A stretch of 64,000 nucleotides of DNA from Candidatus Endomicrobiellum mastotermitis (GTDB lineage: Bacteria > Elusimicrobiota > Endomicrobiia > Endomicrobiales > Endomicrobiaceae), in the NCBI GenBank assembly GCA_031272445.1, contig JAISTT010000013.1, forward strand, positions 25,875 to 89,874. Direction: 5' to 3'. The notes beneath the pieces were generated by a model. The model had not been told where the DNA came from and did not search any database. It saw only the letters and a program-made list of their open reading frames with translations. Made by a program: the position numbers and the translations under genes. Within the stretch, counting starts at the first letter, position 1, and the number at the start of each line of letters is the position of its first letter. Positions 30,227 to 40,816 of the stretch are shown here, piece by piece.

Positions 30227-31276
30227 ATGACTGTAATTTTTCAGATATTTAGTGTTATTGTAGGATTTGGATTCTTAGTTTTCATACATGAATTGGGGCA
30301 TTTTCTCGCTGCAAAAATGTGTAGAATAAAAATAATGGTTTTTGCTTTTGGTTTTGGTCCTGATTTAATTAAATATACTTTTAAAGATACAAAATATTGT
30401 ATAAAGGCTATTCCTTTTGGTGGATTTGTTAAGATGGCAGGTGAAATTCCTGATGAAGTTACGGGTAGTGACGGAGAATATTTATCTCTTGTATGGTATA
30501 AAAAGGTTTGGGTATCATTTGCTGGACCACTTTCAAACTACATTTTTGCAATTTTTCTTTTCTCTTTTATTTTTAATACATATGGAATAATAACTCCTAC
30601 CACAAGCTGTTCTATAGGGTCTGTAATTAAAAATTCTCCTGCTGCAGTTTCAGGATTGATGCCGAAAGATAAAATAAAATCAGTAGATACAATTAATATA
30701 AATACGTGGAATGATTTGAATATAGAGTTGAGAAACAAAGTGGATAAGTATGTTTTTTTTGTTATAGAACGAAAGGGCAAATTCTTTAAATTAAGTATGC
30801 GTGTTGTAAAAAATTCTGTAACAGGAGCGGCTACAATAGGCGTACGTCCTATAGGAGAAAAAACAAGTCTTATGAGGTCTTTATATTTTGGAATTAAAAC
30901 TTCAGTGTTGCAAACGGTTTTGCCTATTGTTTACCTTGTAGATAAGGCTGTATCGTTTAAAAAACCTGATATTTCCGGACCTATCGGGATTATTCAAATT
31001 ATGGCAAATGCTACAAAAGAGGGGATGCAAGATTATTTGGCATTAATTGCGATTTTATCAGTTTCTTTGGGATTGTTTAATCTTTTTCCTATTCCTATGG
31101 TTGATGGAGGGATGATATTATTGTTTTTCATAGAAGGAATAATCAAAAAAAAGATAGGTATAAAAGTTATTCAGACTTATAATACTATAGGATTGATTTT
31201 GATAGGCACTATTTTTCTTTTTGCAACATATAGCGATCTTTTGCGATTAGATATAATGAAATTACTTGGCAAATAG
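30227..31276 (+). CDS. rseP: RIP metalloprotease RseP (M50, PDZ)
   Basis: HELGH, AGP.SN, FNLFPIPMVDGG. Confidence 0.94.
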   Translation: MTVIFQIFSVIVGFGFLVFIHELGHFLAAKMCRIKIMVFAFGFGPDLIKYTFKDTKYCIKAIPFGGFVKMAGEIPDEVTGSDGEYLSLVWYKKVWVSFAGPLSNYIFAIFLFSFIFNTYGIITPTTSCSIGSVIKNSPAAVSGLMPKDKIKSVDTININTWNDLNIELRNKVDKYVFFVIERKGKFFKLSMRVVKNSVTGAATIGVRPIGEKTSLMRSLYFGIKTSVLQTVLPIVYLVDKAVSFKKPDISGPIGIIQIMANATKEGMQDYLALIAILSVSLGLFNLFPIPMVDGGMILLFFIEGIIKKKIGIKVIQTYNTIGLILIGTIFLFATYSDLLRLDIMKLLGK

Positions 31277-31403
31277 TTTTTATAATACGAGAAAAACATT
31301 TAAATATAAAAATAATGTAATATTTGATTTTATAAAAGGTATTTTTCTAAACTAAAATAGGTGTGAGGTGTTTTTTTGATGAGAGGGGTTATATTAATCC
31401 AAG

Positions 31404-32486
31404 GTGAAATTTTATAAAAGGTCTCAGACACGAAAAATTAATATTGGTGATGTTACAATTGGCGGTGGTTCTTTAGTTGCAGTTCAATCTATGACAAATA
31501 CAGATTCAAGAGATTGGAAAGCTACTGTAAGGCAAATAAAACGGCTTGAAGAAGTTGGTTGTGAGATTGTTCGTGTGTCTTTTCCTGATTTAGAGTCTGC
31601 TTGTAATGTAAGTAAAATAAAGAAAAATATTAAGATTCCAATAGTAGCAGATGTTCATTTTGATTATAGAATAGCGCTTGAAGTTATAAGACAGGGAATT
31701 GATAAACTAAGAATTAATCCTGGTAATATTGGTTCAAAAGATAAACTCGAAATTTTGGTAAAAGAAGCTAAAAAGGCACGTATTCCTATAAGAATAGGAG
31801 TTAATGCAGGTTCATTAAAAGGAATTTACAATTTTGATAACAATTTATTACGTGCAAAGGCTCTTGCAAATGCAGCTATGGAACATGTTAGAATTTTAGA
31901 AAAGCATGACTTCTACGATATAATAGTTTCTTTGAAAGCGTCAAATATTAATACAACAGTGCAATCCTATAGGATTTTTGCTTCTAAAAGAAATTATCCT
32001 TTGCATTTGGGAATAACAGAAGCAGGTTCGCTGAGAGATGGTTCTATAAAATCTGCTGCAGGATTGGGGATAATGCTATGTGATGGCATAGGTGATACTA
32101 TTAGGATTTCTCTTACCGCAAATCCAATTGAAGAAATTAGAGTTGCTTATTCTCTTTTAAGGTATATGGAGATTCGTGATTTTGGAATAGAAGTTATTTC
32201 TTGTCCTACGTGTTCTAGATGTAAAGTTGATTTAATAAAAATAGTTTCAGAAGTTGAAAAAAAAATTTCTATAATTAAGAATTTAAATAAATTTTCAAAA
32301 CCTTTAAAAATAGCTTTAATGGGCTGTGTTGTAAATGGTCTAGGTGAAGCAAAGGATGCAGATTTTGGCATAGCAGGTGGAAAGGACAAAGGTGTATTGT
32401 TTAGGAATGGTAAGATTGTAGGAGAGGTTTATCCAGATGAATGGGTTGATAAGCTTATTCATATGATTGGTGATTATAAGATATAG
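31404..32486 (+). CDS. ispG: HMBPP synthase (GcpE)
   Basis: VQSMTNT, ADVHF, RINPGN, SCPTCSR, MGCVVNG.GE. Confidence 0.97.
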   Translation: MKFYKRSQTRKINIGDVTIGGGSLVAVQSMTNTDSRDWKATVRQIKRLEEVGCEIVRVSFPDLESACNVSKIKKNIKIPIVADVHFDYRIALEVIRQGIDKLRINPGNIGSKDKLEILVKEAKKARIPIRIGVNAGSLKGIYNFDNNLLRAKALANAAMEHVRILEKHDFYDIIVSLKASNINTTVQSYRIFASKRNYPLHLGITEAGSLRDGSIKSAAGLGIMLCDGIGDTIRISLTANPIEEIRVAYSLLRYMEIRDFGIEVISCPTCSRCKVDLIKIVSEVEKKISIIKNLNKFSKPLKIALMGCVVNGLGEAKDADFGIAGGKDKGVLFRNGKIVGEVYPDEWVDKLIHMIGDYKI

Positions 32487-32504
32487 TTGTAAAAAAGGTG
32501 AGAA

Positions 32505-32969
32505 ATGGGAGAGATTTATTTGACTAGAGCAGGTAGAAAAAGACTTATTGATGAATTAGAAGAACTTCAAAAGAAAAAATCTATTATTCAAGACGAAATT
32601 GCGCGGGCAAGAGAACTTGGTGATTTAAGGGAGAATGCGGAATATCATGCTGCTAAAGAGACTCTCGCTAATCTTATGCATAGGATTGTTGAACTTGATT
32701 TTAAAATAACTTGTTCAAAAATTATTGAAGAACAAAACATTGATCCAAATAAAATATTTATTGGTGTTACAGTAAAAATAGAAGATGAAAATGGTGATAA
32801 TTACGAATATATCATTGTAGACTCAGAAGAAGCGGACCCTGCTAAAAATAGGATATCTGTACAATCACCTCTTGCTCAAGGATTATTAGGGCATGAGACT
32901 GGTGATGTGGTTATAGTTGAATTACCAATGGGCAAGACAAAATTCAAAATATTGGAAATTTTTAGATAA
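32505..32969 (+). CDS. greA: Transcription elongation factor GreA
   Basis: GDLRENAEY, ISVQSPLAQGLLG. Confidence 0.96.
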   Translation: MGEIYLTRAGRKRLIDELEELQKKKSIIQDEIARARELGDLRENAEYHAAKETLANLMHRIVELDFKITCSKIIEEQNIDPNKIFIGVTVKIEDENGDNYEYIIVDSEEADPAKNRISVQSPLAQGLLGHETGDVVIVELPMGKTKFKILEIFR

Positions 32970-33103
32970 ATATATCATATCTTTTGATAGTGAAAAAGTT
33001 AGATTTTGAGAAATGAATTATATAGTAAGGAAAAAAAATAACGTATGTATGATAAGATAATTTTGTAATTTGTAAAAGTCTATCTTAATTAAAAAGGGAT
33101 TTT

Positions 33104-34810
33104 ATGTTTTTTTCTAAATTATTAATTCCTACTTTAAGGGAATTTCCGTCAGATGTTGATGTAGCTTCTGCAAAATTAATGATAAAATCTGGTATGATAC
33201 GTAAGCTTGCTTCAGGATTTTATGAATTTTTGCCTTTGGGACTTAAGGTTTTAAGAAAAGTTGAAAGTATAATAAGATATGAAATGAGTATTATTGGTGG
33301 GCAAGAAATAATTCTTCCTTTGGTTTTTCCTAAAAGTTTATGGACTGAAACTGGGAGATGGAATATTTATGGGAAAGAACTTTTTAGATTAAAAGATAGG
33401 AAAGATACTGAATTTTGTCTTGCTCCAACAGCAGAAGAAATAATAGTGGATTTAGTAAGGAAAGATGTAAAGTCGTATAGGCAACTTCCCCTTATGTTGT
33501 ATCAGTTTGGTGCAAAATTTAGAGATGAGATAAGGCCACGTTTTGGCGTTATGCGTTCTAGAGAATTTTTAATGAAGGATGCTTATTCATTTCATACTGA
33601 CGAGTTAGATTTAGAGAAATATTATCAAATTGTGTTTGATGCTTATAAAAATATATGTGTAAAATGTGGACTTAAATTTTGTGTTGTTGAATCAGCGTCA
33701 GGTCCTATAGGTGGATCATTATCTCACGAGTTTATGATTTTAGCGGACAATGGAGAAACAGAAATAGCATGGTGTAGATGTGGATATGGTGCAACTACTG
33801 AAAAAGCCGAGTGTTTAAAAGTGGAGAGTTGTAAGGAAAAATTGCATACTTTAGAGGAGGTATTCACTCCAAGCGTTAGTACTATTGAAGATACTGTAAA
33901 GTTTTTAAATTTATCTCCTAAAAAATTCGTAAAAACAATGATTTATATTGCTGATGGAAATCCTGTTGCTGTTTTAGCAAGAGGGGATCATGAAATAAAC
34001 GAAGCAAAGCTACAGACTTTACTCGAGGCAAACGAAGTAATGCTTGCTGATGAACAGACAGTTATTTCTATAACAAATGCACCGACAGGTTTTACAGGTC
34101 CTATAGGACTTAGAGATGTAAATATTGTTGCTGATTTATCTGTTATTGAAATTTTAAATGCAGTTTGTGGAGCAAATAAAAAGGATTACCATGTAAAAAA
34201 TGTAAATTACAAGAGAGATTATAATGTCAATATAGTTGCTGATGTAAGAAAAGTTGTGTCTGGTGATATTTGTCCTAGATGTAAAGAGGAAGAACTAAAA
34301 TTTTTGAGAGGTATTGAAGTTGGGCATATTTTTAAGCTGAGTACTAAATATTCAAAGTTGATGAATGCGACATATCTTGACACAAAAGGAAAAGAAAATC
34401 TTATTTTTATGGGTTGCTATGGCTTAGGAGTTACGAGAATAGTTGCCGCGGCGATAGAACAATTTCATGATGATAGTGGTATAATGTGGCCTGATAATAT
34501 TGCTCCATTTGAGGTTTTAATTGTTCCTTTAAATTATTATGATGATAGAACTAGAGAAGTAACAGAGAAAATATATAGAGAACTATCCTCAAAAGGGTTA
34601 GATGTTTTAGTTGATGATAGAGACGAGAGGCCAGGTGTTAAATTTAAAGATGCTGATTTGATAGGTATTCCTTATAGAATAACAATTGGTAGGAGATATC
34701 TTACAGTTGGCAATGTAGAATTTAAAGCGAGAAGGGATTCTAAAGATAATGTTAAATTTTTAAAACCTGAAGAAGTTGTAGCTAGAATATTAAAAATATT
34801 TAAAAAGTAG
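33104..34810 (+). CDS. proS: Prolyl-tRNA synthetase (bacterial type with editing insertion)
   Basis: LAPTAEE, FRDEIRPRFGVMRSREF.MKD, GIEVGHIF, MGCYG. Confidence 0.97.
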   Translation: MFFSKLLIPTLREFPSDVDVASAKLMIKSGMIRKLASGFYEFLPLGLKVLRKVESIIRYEMSIIGGQEIILPLVFPKSLWTETGRWNIYGKELFRLKDRKDTEFCLAPTAEEIIVDLVRKDVKSYRQLPLMLYQFGAKFRDEIRPRFGVMRSREFLMKDAYSFHTDELDLEKYYQIVFDAYKNICVKCGLKFCVVESASGPIGGSLSHEFMILADNGETEIAWCRCGYGATTEKAECLKVESCKEKLHTLEEVFTPSVSTIEDTVKFLNLSPKKFVKTMIYIADGNPVAVLARGDHEINEAKLQTLLEANEVMLADEQTVISITNAPTGFTGPIGLRDVNIVADLSVIEILNAVCGANKKDYHVKNVNYKRDYNVNIVADVRKVVSGDICPRCKEEELKFLRGIEVGHIFKLSTKYSKLMNATYLDTKGKENLIFMGCYGLGVTRIVAAAIEQFHDDSGIMWPDNIAPFEVLIVPLNYYDDRTREVTEKIYRELSSKGLDVLVDDRDERPGVKFKDADLIGIPYRITIGRRYLTVGNVEFKARRDSKDNVKFLKPEEVVARILKIFKK

Positions 34811-34820
34811 TTGTGATAAA

Positions 34821-36251
34821 ATGAGAGATTTTTTTAAGCTTAAAGAAAATAATACAAATATTTCTACTGAAATTATTGCAGGATTAACTACATTTTTTAC
34901 AATGGCATATGTTATTCTTGTAAATCCTTCTATCCTTTCTTTGAATCCAGGAATGTCATGGCATGGGGTTTTCATGGCAACAGTACTAGCCTCGATCTTT
35001 GGCACGCTGGTGATGGCTTTGTATGCAAATGTACCTTTTGCGCTTGCTCCTGGAATGGGTTCCAATGCTTTTTTTACTTTTACTCTTTGTAAACAAATTG
35101 GATTTTCTTGGCATGAAGCGCTTGTAATAGTGTTTATATGCGGATTGCTTATTATCTTTCTAACCGTTACAAAACTCAGAAAAGTGTTTGTTCAAGCGAT
35201 ACCCAATTTCCTTAAAAATTCAATTACTGGTGGAATTGGGATATTTATAGCTTATATAGGATTGAAAAATGCCTCTTTCCTAATGTTTATGTCAAATGCT
35301 GGTAAATATACTGTTTTTGAAAATGGCAATGTGATTTCAGATAGCTCAGTTGTGCCGTTTCTTACAATTTTCGATAACTCTCATGCATTGCTTGGACTAA
35401 TAGGACTAATACTTGTTATAGTGCTTTTTGTGAAAAAAATAAAAGGTGCGATTTTTATAGGCATTATGATGACTGTTATAATTGGTATTGCTATGGGTGT
35501 AGTAAATATTTCAAACCTCAAGTTTTTTGACTTTAAATCTATAGTATCAATAAAAGACGTTGCGTTGGTAATGTTTAGTAATTCTAGTGTTTCTCTATTT
35601 TCAGATTTTAATAAAACAATTTTCACTTTAATTGCTGTATTTTCATTGTTTCTGTCAGAAATTTTTGGTGCAATAGGAACATTTATAGGTGCAGGTGAGA
35701 TAAGCAATATTTTTAGTATTGATGTTGAAAACAATAGAAAATCTAATGAAGTATTGAATTCTAAATTCGAAAAGGCTTTGTTTTCAGATGGTATTGCATC
35801 AGCAGCAAGTGGGTTATTTGGAACAAGTAGTGTGACTACTTATGTTGAAAGTATAGCCGGTATATCTGTAGGTGGAAGGACGGGACTAACAGGGTTTGTT
35901 GTTGCGATAATGTTTTTATTGTGTCTTCCATTTGCCAATTTTTTTAGTATAATCCCTTCGGAAGCCACAGCGCCTGCATTAATTGTTGTAGGTGTACTTA
36001 TGATGTCGTCAATAGTGAAAATAAACTGGAGTGACTATGAGCAAGCATTCCCTGCGTTTTTAACGATAGTTATTATACCTTTTTCGTTTAATATAAGTTA
36101 TGGTATAGCTGCTGGGTTTATGTTTTATTGTATTATAAAATTAGTTCGTGGTAAAATAAAAGAAGTTCATCCTATTGTGTTAGTGGTTTCTTTGTTGTTT
36201 TTGTTTAATTTTGTAATAACTGCATTTAGAGGGATAAATGGGTTTAAATAA
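34821..36251 (+). CDS. NCS2/AzgA-type nucleobase permease (guanine/hypoxanthine-like)
   Basis: TEIIAGLTTFFTMAYVILVNP, APGMG.NAFF, TTYVES.AG...GGRTG. Confidence 0.9.
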   Translation: MRDFFKLKENNTNISTEIIAGLTTFFTMAYVILVNPSILSLNPGMSWHGVFMATVLASIFGTLVMALYANVPFALAPGMGSNAFFTFTLCKQIGFSWHEALVIVFICGLLIIFLTVTKLRKVFVQAIPNFLKNSITGGIGIFIAYIGLKNASFLMFMSNAGKYTVFENGNVISDSSVVPFLTIFDNSHALLGLIGLILVIVLFVKKIKGAIFIGIMMTVIIGIAMGVVNISNLKFFDFKSIVSIKDVALVMFSNSSVSLFSDFNKTIFTLIAVFSLFLSEIFGAIGTFIGAGEISNIFSIDVENNRKSNEVLNSKFEKALFSDGIASAASGLFGTSSVTTYVESIAGISVGGRTGLTGFVVAIMFLLCLPFANFFSIIPSEATAPALIVVGVLMMSSIVKINWSDYEQAFPAFLTIVIIPFSFNISYGIAAGFMFYCIIKLVRGKIKEVHPIVLVVSLLFLFNFVITAFRGINGFK

Positions 36252-37602
36252 TAAATATGATGTTATTGTTATAGGTTCTGGGCCGAGTGGATTCACAGCA
36301 GCTATAAGGGCGATACAACTCGGAGCAAAAGTGGCAATAGTAGAAAAATCTCTTATTGGGGGAACTTGTTTAAACTGTGGTTGCCTACCAACAAAGTTTT
36401 TATGGCAGGCATTAAAATTGAAGCGAAAAATTCAAAAATCTTATGAATATGGTTTTAAAGTAAATTTAGAGCCTATTGTTTTCTCAAATATACTTATTAA
36501 AAAAGATAAGAATATTATTAACCTTAGAAAAGGCATGAAAGCGATACTATCTTCATATAATGTGGATATTATAGAAGGTGTAGCTTCATTTATGGATAAA
36601 AATAATCTTATAGTTTCAAATAATGAGGGAAATAATATTTTGGAAATTTTTTCTGATAGAATTATTATTGCTTCGGGTACAAGTCCTTCAATAATGAAAG
36701 GGATTGAATTTGACGGTAATAGAATAATAAATTCAACAAATGCTTTGAACCTTAAAGAAATTCCCAAGAGTATGCTTGTAGTTGGTGGTGGTGCAATAGG
36801 AATTGAAATGGCGACAATATTTTCTGGGTTTGGTTGTCACGTAACTTTAGCTGAAAATAAGAACTGTTTACTACCAAATGAAGATAGAGAAGTTTCTGAA
36901 GAAATAAAAAGAAATTTGATCAAACAGGGTGTAGATATACTAATCTCATGTTCCGATGCCCTTAATGATATAGATAAGTATGAAAAAGTATTAATTGTCA
37001 CCGGGCGGATGCCTAATAATGATCTAAAATTAGAAAGAGCTGGTATTAAGACAATTGGGAAAGGATTTGTGGAAACAAACGAATTTTGTCAGACAAACGT
37101 GAGTAATATTTATGCTGTTGGAGATATAGCCGGGAGAAGTTTATTGGCATATACAGCACAGAGTGAGGGTGCAATAGCTGCGGAAAATGCAGTTAAAATG
37201 AACTCTATTTCAATTAATAATTTTGTTATTCCGCAAGTTGTTTTTTCAATGCCTCCAAGTTCTTCGGTAAAAGTGTCGAATTTTTTGAGGTGTAAGAATG
37301 TAATTTATGGAAAATTTCCATTTACTGCAAGTGGCAGAGCTTTTATTGAGAATGAGCGTAGTGGTTTTGTAAAGTGTGCTGTTGATAAAACAAATAAGAA
37401 GCCTTTGGCTTTTTGGATTGTGGGAGCTCACTCAGATGAACTTATAAATGTTGCCTCGCAAATTATTAAAAGTGATATTTGTCATATGTCAAGAGAGTCT
37501 GTTTTTCATCCATCGTTTAGTGAGAGTTTATTTAATGCCTATGAGGATGCCTTTGATAAGTGTGTAGAATTGACGAAAAAGAATAAAGATTTGAAACTAT
37601 AA
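36238..37602 (+). CDS. lpdA: Dihydrolipoamide dehydrogenase (probably glycine cleavage L protein)
   Basis: GSGPSG, GGTCLNCGC.P, GGGAIG, IYAVGD, C-terminal HPSFSE; adjacent to gcvT. Confidence 0.85.
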   Translation: MGLNNKYDVIVIGSGPSGFTAAIRAIQLGAKVAIVEKSLIGGTCLNCGCLPTKFLWQALKLKRKIQKSYEYGFKVNLEPIVFSNILIKKDKNIINLRKGMKAILSSYNVDIIEGVASFMDKNNLIVSNNEGNNILEIFSDRIIIASGTSPSIMKGIEFDGNRIINSTNALNLKEIPKSMLVVGGGAIGIEMATIFSGFGCHVTLAENKNCLLPNEDREVSEEIKRNLIKQGVDILISCSDALNDIDKYEKVLIVTGRMPNNDLKLERAGIKTIGKGFVETNEFCQTNVSNIYAVGDIAGRSLLAYTAQSEGAIAAENAVKMNSISINNFVIPQVVFSMPPSSSVKVSNFLRCKNVIYGKFPFTASGRAFIENERSGFVKCAVDKTNKKPLAFWIVGAHSDELINVASQIIKSDICHMSRESVFHPSFSESLFNAYEDAFDKCVELTKKNKDLKL

Positions 37603-37691
37603 AATGATAGTTATAATGAAAAAGCAATTGGAATGAAAAATTTTGAGTAAGTAAATTAGATACAGAATTTTGTTGTAAAGGAATTTTAGAA

Positions 37692-38774
37692 ATGAAGAAG
37701 ACGTATTTGTATTGTGAACATAAAAAGCTTGGAGCAAAATTCACTGAGTTTGGTGGCTGGGAGATGCCTGTACAATATACATCTATTATTGATGAGCATA
37801 ATGAAGTAAGAACAAATGTTGGTGTATTTGATACGTCTCATATGGGAACTTTTATAATCACTGGAGAAAATTCAGAGAAATTTTTGGATTATGTTACGCT
37901 TGGGAATATTTCTGGACTTTCTAATAAGAAAGCAAAATATTCTATGATTTTGAATGAAAATGGTGGTATAAAAGATGATATTATAGTTTATAGGTTTGAC
38001 TATGAGTACATGGTTGTTGTAAATGCTGGGAATTTAGAAAAGGATTTTAATTGGTTGAATAAGCAAAAAGAAATTGGGTGGAAAAAAATAGATATAAAAA
38101 ATATAAGCACTAATATTTGTCTTATTTCTGTACAGGGGCCTAAATCTTCTGAAATATTACAGACTATTTGTGAAACTTATATTAAGGATATGAAATATTT
38201 TACTATATCAGAATTAAAGTTAAAAAATGTAGATGCGAGTTTCTGTAGAATTGCAAGAACAGGCTATACTGGTGAGGATGGATTTGAGATTTTTATTTCT
38301 AAAGAACAAATGATTGTTCTTTGGGAAAAACTTATGAATCTTTCAATAAAACCTTGTGGTCTTGGATGTCGCGATACATTAAGACTTGAAGCATGTATGC
38401 CTTTGCACGGTCATGAAATTGATGAAAGTATTAATCCTATCGATGCTGGATTTCAAAAAACGATAAATTGGAATAATAATTTTATAGGTAAAGATAAACT
38501 TTTGTTTTTAAAAGATAAACCTTCAAAAGTATCGATAGCTTTTGAGTGTTTATTTGGTGTAGCAAGAAATACGAATAAAGTCTTTCTTGGTAATAGGGAG
38601 ATTGGGTATGTAACAAGTGGTTCTTTTTCTCCTACGTTGAAAAAAGCAATAGGTATGGCGTTGATTGATGCTGATATAGATGTTAAATCTGGGAAATTAG
38701 AAGTTGAAATTCACAATAGCAAAAGAGAAATAAAAGCTTTTATAAAACCTTTATACAAGAAACCTAAGAAATAA
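37692..38774 (+). CDS. gcvT: Glycine cleavage aminomethyltransferase T
   Basis: FGGWEMPVQY, FDTSHMG, RTGYTGEDGFE, GLGCRDTLRLEA. Confidence 0.97.
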   Translation: MKKTYLYCEHKKLGAKFTEFGGWEMPVQYTSIIDEHNEVRTNVGVFDTSHMGTFIITGENSEKFLDYVTLGNISGLSNKKAKYSMILNENGGIKDDIIVYRFDYEYMVVVNAGNLEKDFNWLNKQKEIGWKKIDIKNISTNICLISVQGPKSSEILQTICETYIKDMKYFTISELKLKNVDASFCRIARTGYTGEDGFEIFISKEQMIVLWEKLMNLSIKPCGLGCRDTLRLEACMPLHGHEIDESINPIDAGFQKTINWNNNFIGKDKLLFLKDKPSKVSIAFECLFGVARNTNKVFLGNREIGYVTSGSFSPTLKKAIGMALIDADIDVKSGKLEVEIHNSKREIKAFIKPLYKKPKK

Positions 38775-40561
38775 AGAAATAGTTATAGTTTTGGCAGGGT
38801 TTATTGAAAACTGAAGTAAGGACTTTTTTAAAGTTGTATTCCAATTTTAGGATTATTGACTGATAAAACAAAGAAAAAACCATACTTATTTTTGCTATTT
38901 TAGAACTTATAAAAAATAAAATAAAAGTATGAGTAGAAGGAATCTTATAATAGAATTTTTTGTTGCATTGTCGTGCTATGCCCTTTTTATTTATAAATTA
39001 TAATATAAATATTTTGAAAAATCTACTGAATTTGAGTTATGCATAAAATAAAGTAATAGATATGTAAAATTTTATTTAGTTATAGGTTTTAATTTATAAC
39101 TTTAAAATAGATTTTTGATAAAAGTCTTTTATAGTTATATATATAATTGAATTATTACATTAATATCTATTCCTAGTGTATTTTATAGGTGTAAAGAAGT
39201 ATAACAAAGAGGGGCGAGTCTTTGTTCTTACTTATATTTTTGTGCTATTGTTGTAATTTTGCATTTGTCACAATAAATAGCTGCGATCACTGAAAGTAAA
39301 TGGCTAAAAGATATAAAGTTAAAAATTATTTTATGTTTTTTTTTCTGATAAAAAAAACGTTGAAGGTATCTAGGAAAATACTTATGATGATAAAGAGATT
39401 GATCGTATAATACTTGTGTTATTGCAGGTGATAGCTATTAAAATGACCATGCGAGTGTGTGTATGGAGGATGGGAGGGTAAATTAGACTACTCTGGGAAG
39501 AGTATAGTCAAAGAAATGGTTAGGAAGGATATATTGTAAATATTATTTTTGATTATTTAGTTTCAAATTAAAACACCTTTATAAAAACAAGAAACTTCAA
39601 TCGCAGGGAGTAGAAATATTCCGTTCCTGAGAAAATTATTACTAAAAGGTAAAGTATAAATACAAATGAATTTTAAGAGAGTTAATGATAAAGTGTAGAC
39701 GCATTATATTATTTTAGTTTTTGTAATGTGGTACTTGTCGTTAGTTAACTCATGATCTAATAAACATACTCAAGTTATAAGAAATAGAGTAAGGTGTAAT
39801 TATTCGATAGGGTTTTATATATAAGCGTTAGTTAATAGAGAAAAGTCTTATGTTGTTCAAATCATTTTTATAATACAAGATTGTGTTGCTTCGTATGGTT
39901 AGCCTAACAAGCTTTATAATAAATTGTTTATCTCATATATAAAGAAATTCATGAACGTTCTTCAATATATCCAAGAAAAATTTATGTAGAATTACGTTGT
40001 ATATCGATTAATTTTGATGGTCTTAGGATCTATTTAAAGATTTTTATATAAATACATGTATCAAAGAAAATTTATACATCGTGTTGTTCACAATTCCAGT
40101 AGTGACTTGTGTATAGAGTTAAGATTTAAGTATGTATTTCCAAAATGTGTGTTATAGTAATGTGCATGTTTTATGTATAAAAAAGAACTTTCAGAGAATA
40201 AGAGTCATGCTTTCAAAGCTCAAGGCTGTGTAAATAACACGGACCTTTGGTTGCCAGATTGTTAGATATGAAAAATTTCTAATAATGTGACCGCTATTAA
40301 TAATGCTACTTACCATATATATCTATCATTTATGCAAATATCTAGCTAGGATATGTGAACTTGTATAAAGTAAGTACAAAATGCTCTCTGTGCTGCTGCT
40401 ATTTGAAGTTGTTTAAAGCATCTTTTTTGTGTATAAAGCTTATATATATGATAAAACTGAGCAAGATGATGATTTTCCTCTATAAAAAATTATTAAGATT
40501 TTAAAAAAGGAGATGTTAGATAGTATATTTAGTGATAGAAAATTATAAGTTTGTTATTTAT

Positions 40562-40590
40562 TTGACAAAGAAAGATACTTATTGTACACT
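40562..40590 (+). promoter_or_regulatory. sigma70-type promoter of the infC operon
   Basis: TTGACA (40562-67), 17-bp spacer, TACACT (40585-90). Confidence 0.65.
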
Positions 40591-40627
40591 CAAAAAGTGT
40601 CTTTTAAAAACATAATGTATACTAAAC

Positions 40628-40767
40628 AAAGTAAAAGTAGCCGTCCTAGCTCACCTTTACCTAAGTTTCTAAGTTTAAGGGAAAAGGTTTTGTATGAAAA
40701 TAATTTTAAATTATTATATTAAAATATATTTACGGGGCGGAAAAGTTAAGTCTGCCTCGATTTTTTT
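40628..40767 (+). promoter_or_regulatory. L20-leader-like attenuator with intrinsic terminator
   Basis: AAGTAAAAGTAGCCGTCCTAGCTCACC 5' block; ACCTTT/AAAGGT stem; terminator CGGGGCGGA/TCTGCCTCG + T7; upstream of infC-rpmI-rplT. Confidence 0.65.
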
Positions 40768-40816
40768 ATTGAAAAGTTGACAAAATAGAGATATTTAGCG
40801 TCAAGAGGAGGGAGTC

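Noticed and set aside
37603-37691. Glycine riboswitch before gcvT
   Set aside because: The spacer is only 89 nt and has no GGAGA...CCGAAG...CTCTCAGG pattern.
38775-40560. CRISPR array, IS element or rRNA in the long gap
   Set aside because: No regularly spaced repeats, terminal inverted repeats, transposase fragments or rRNA motifs seen.
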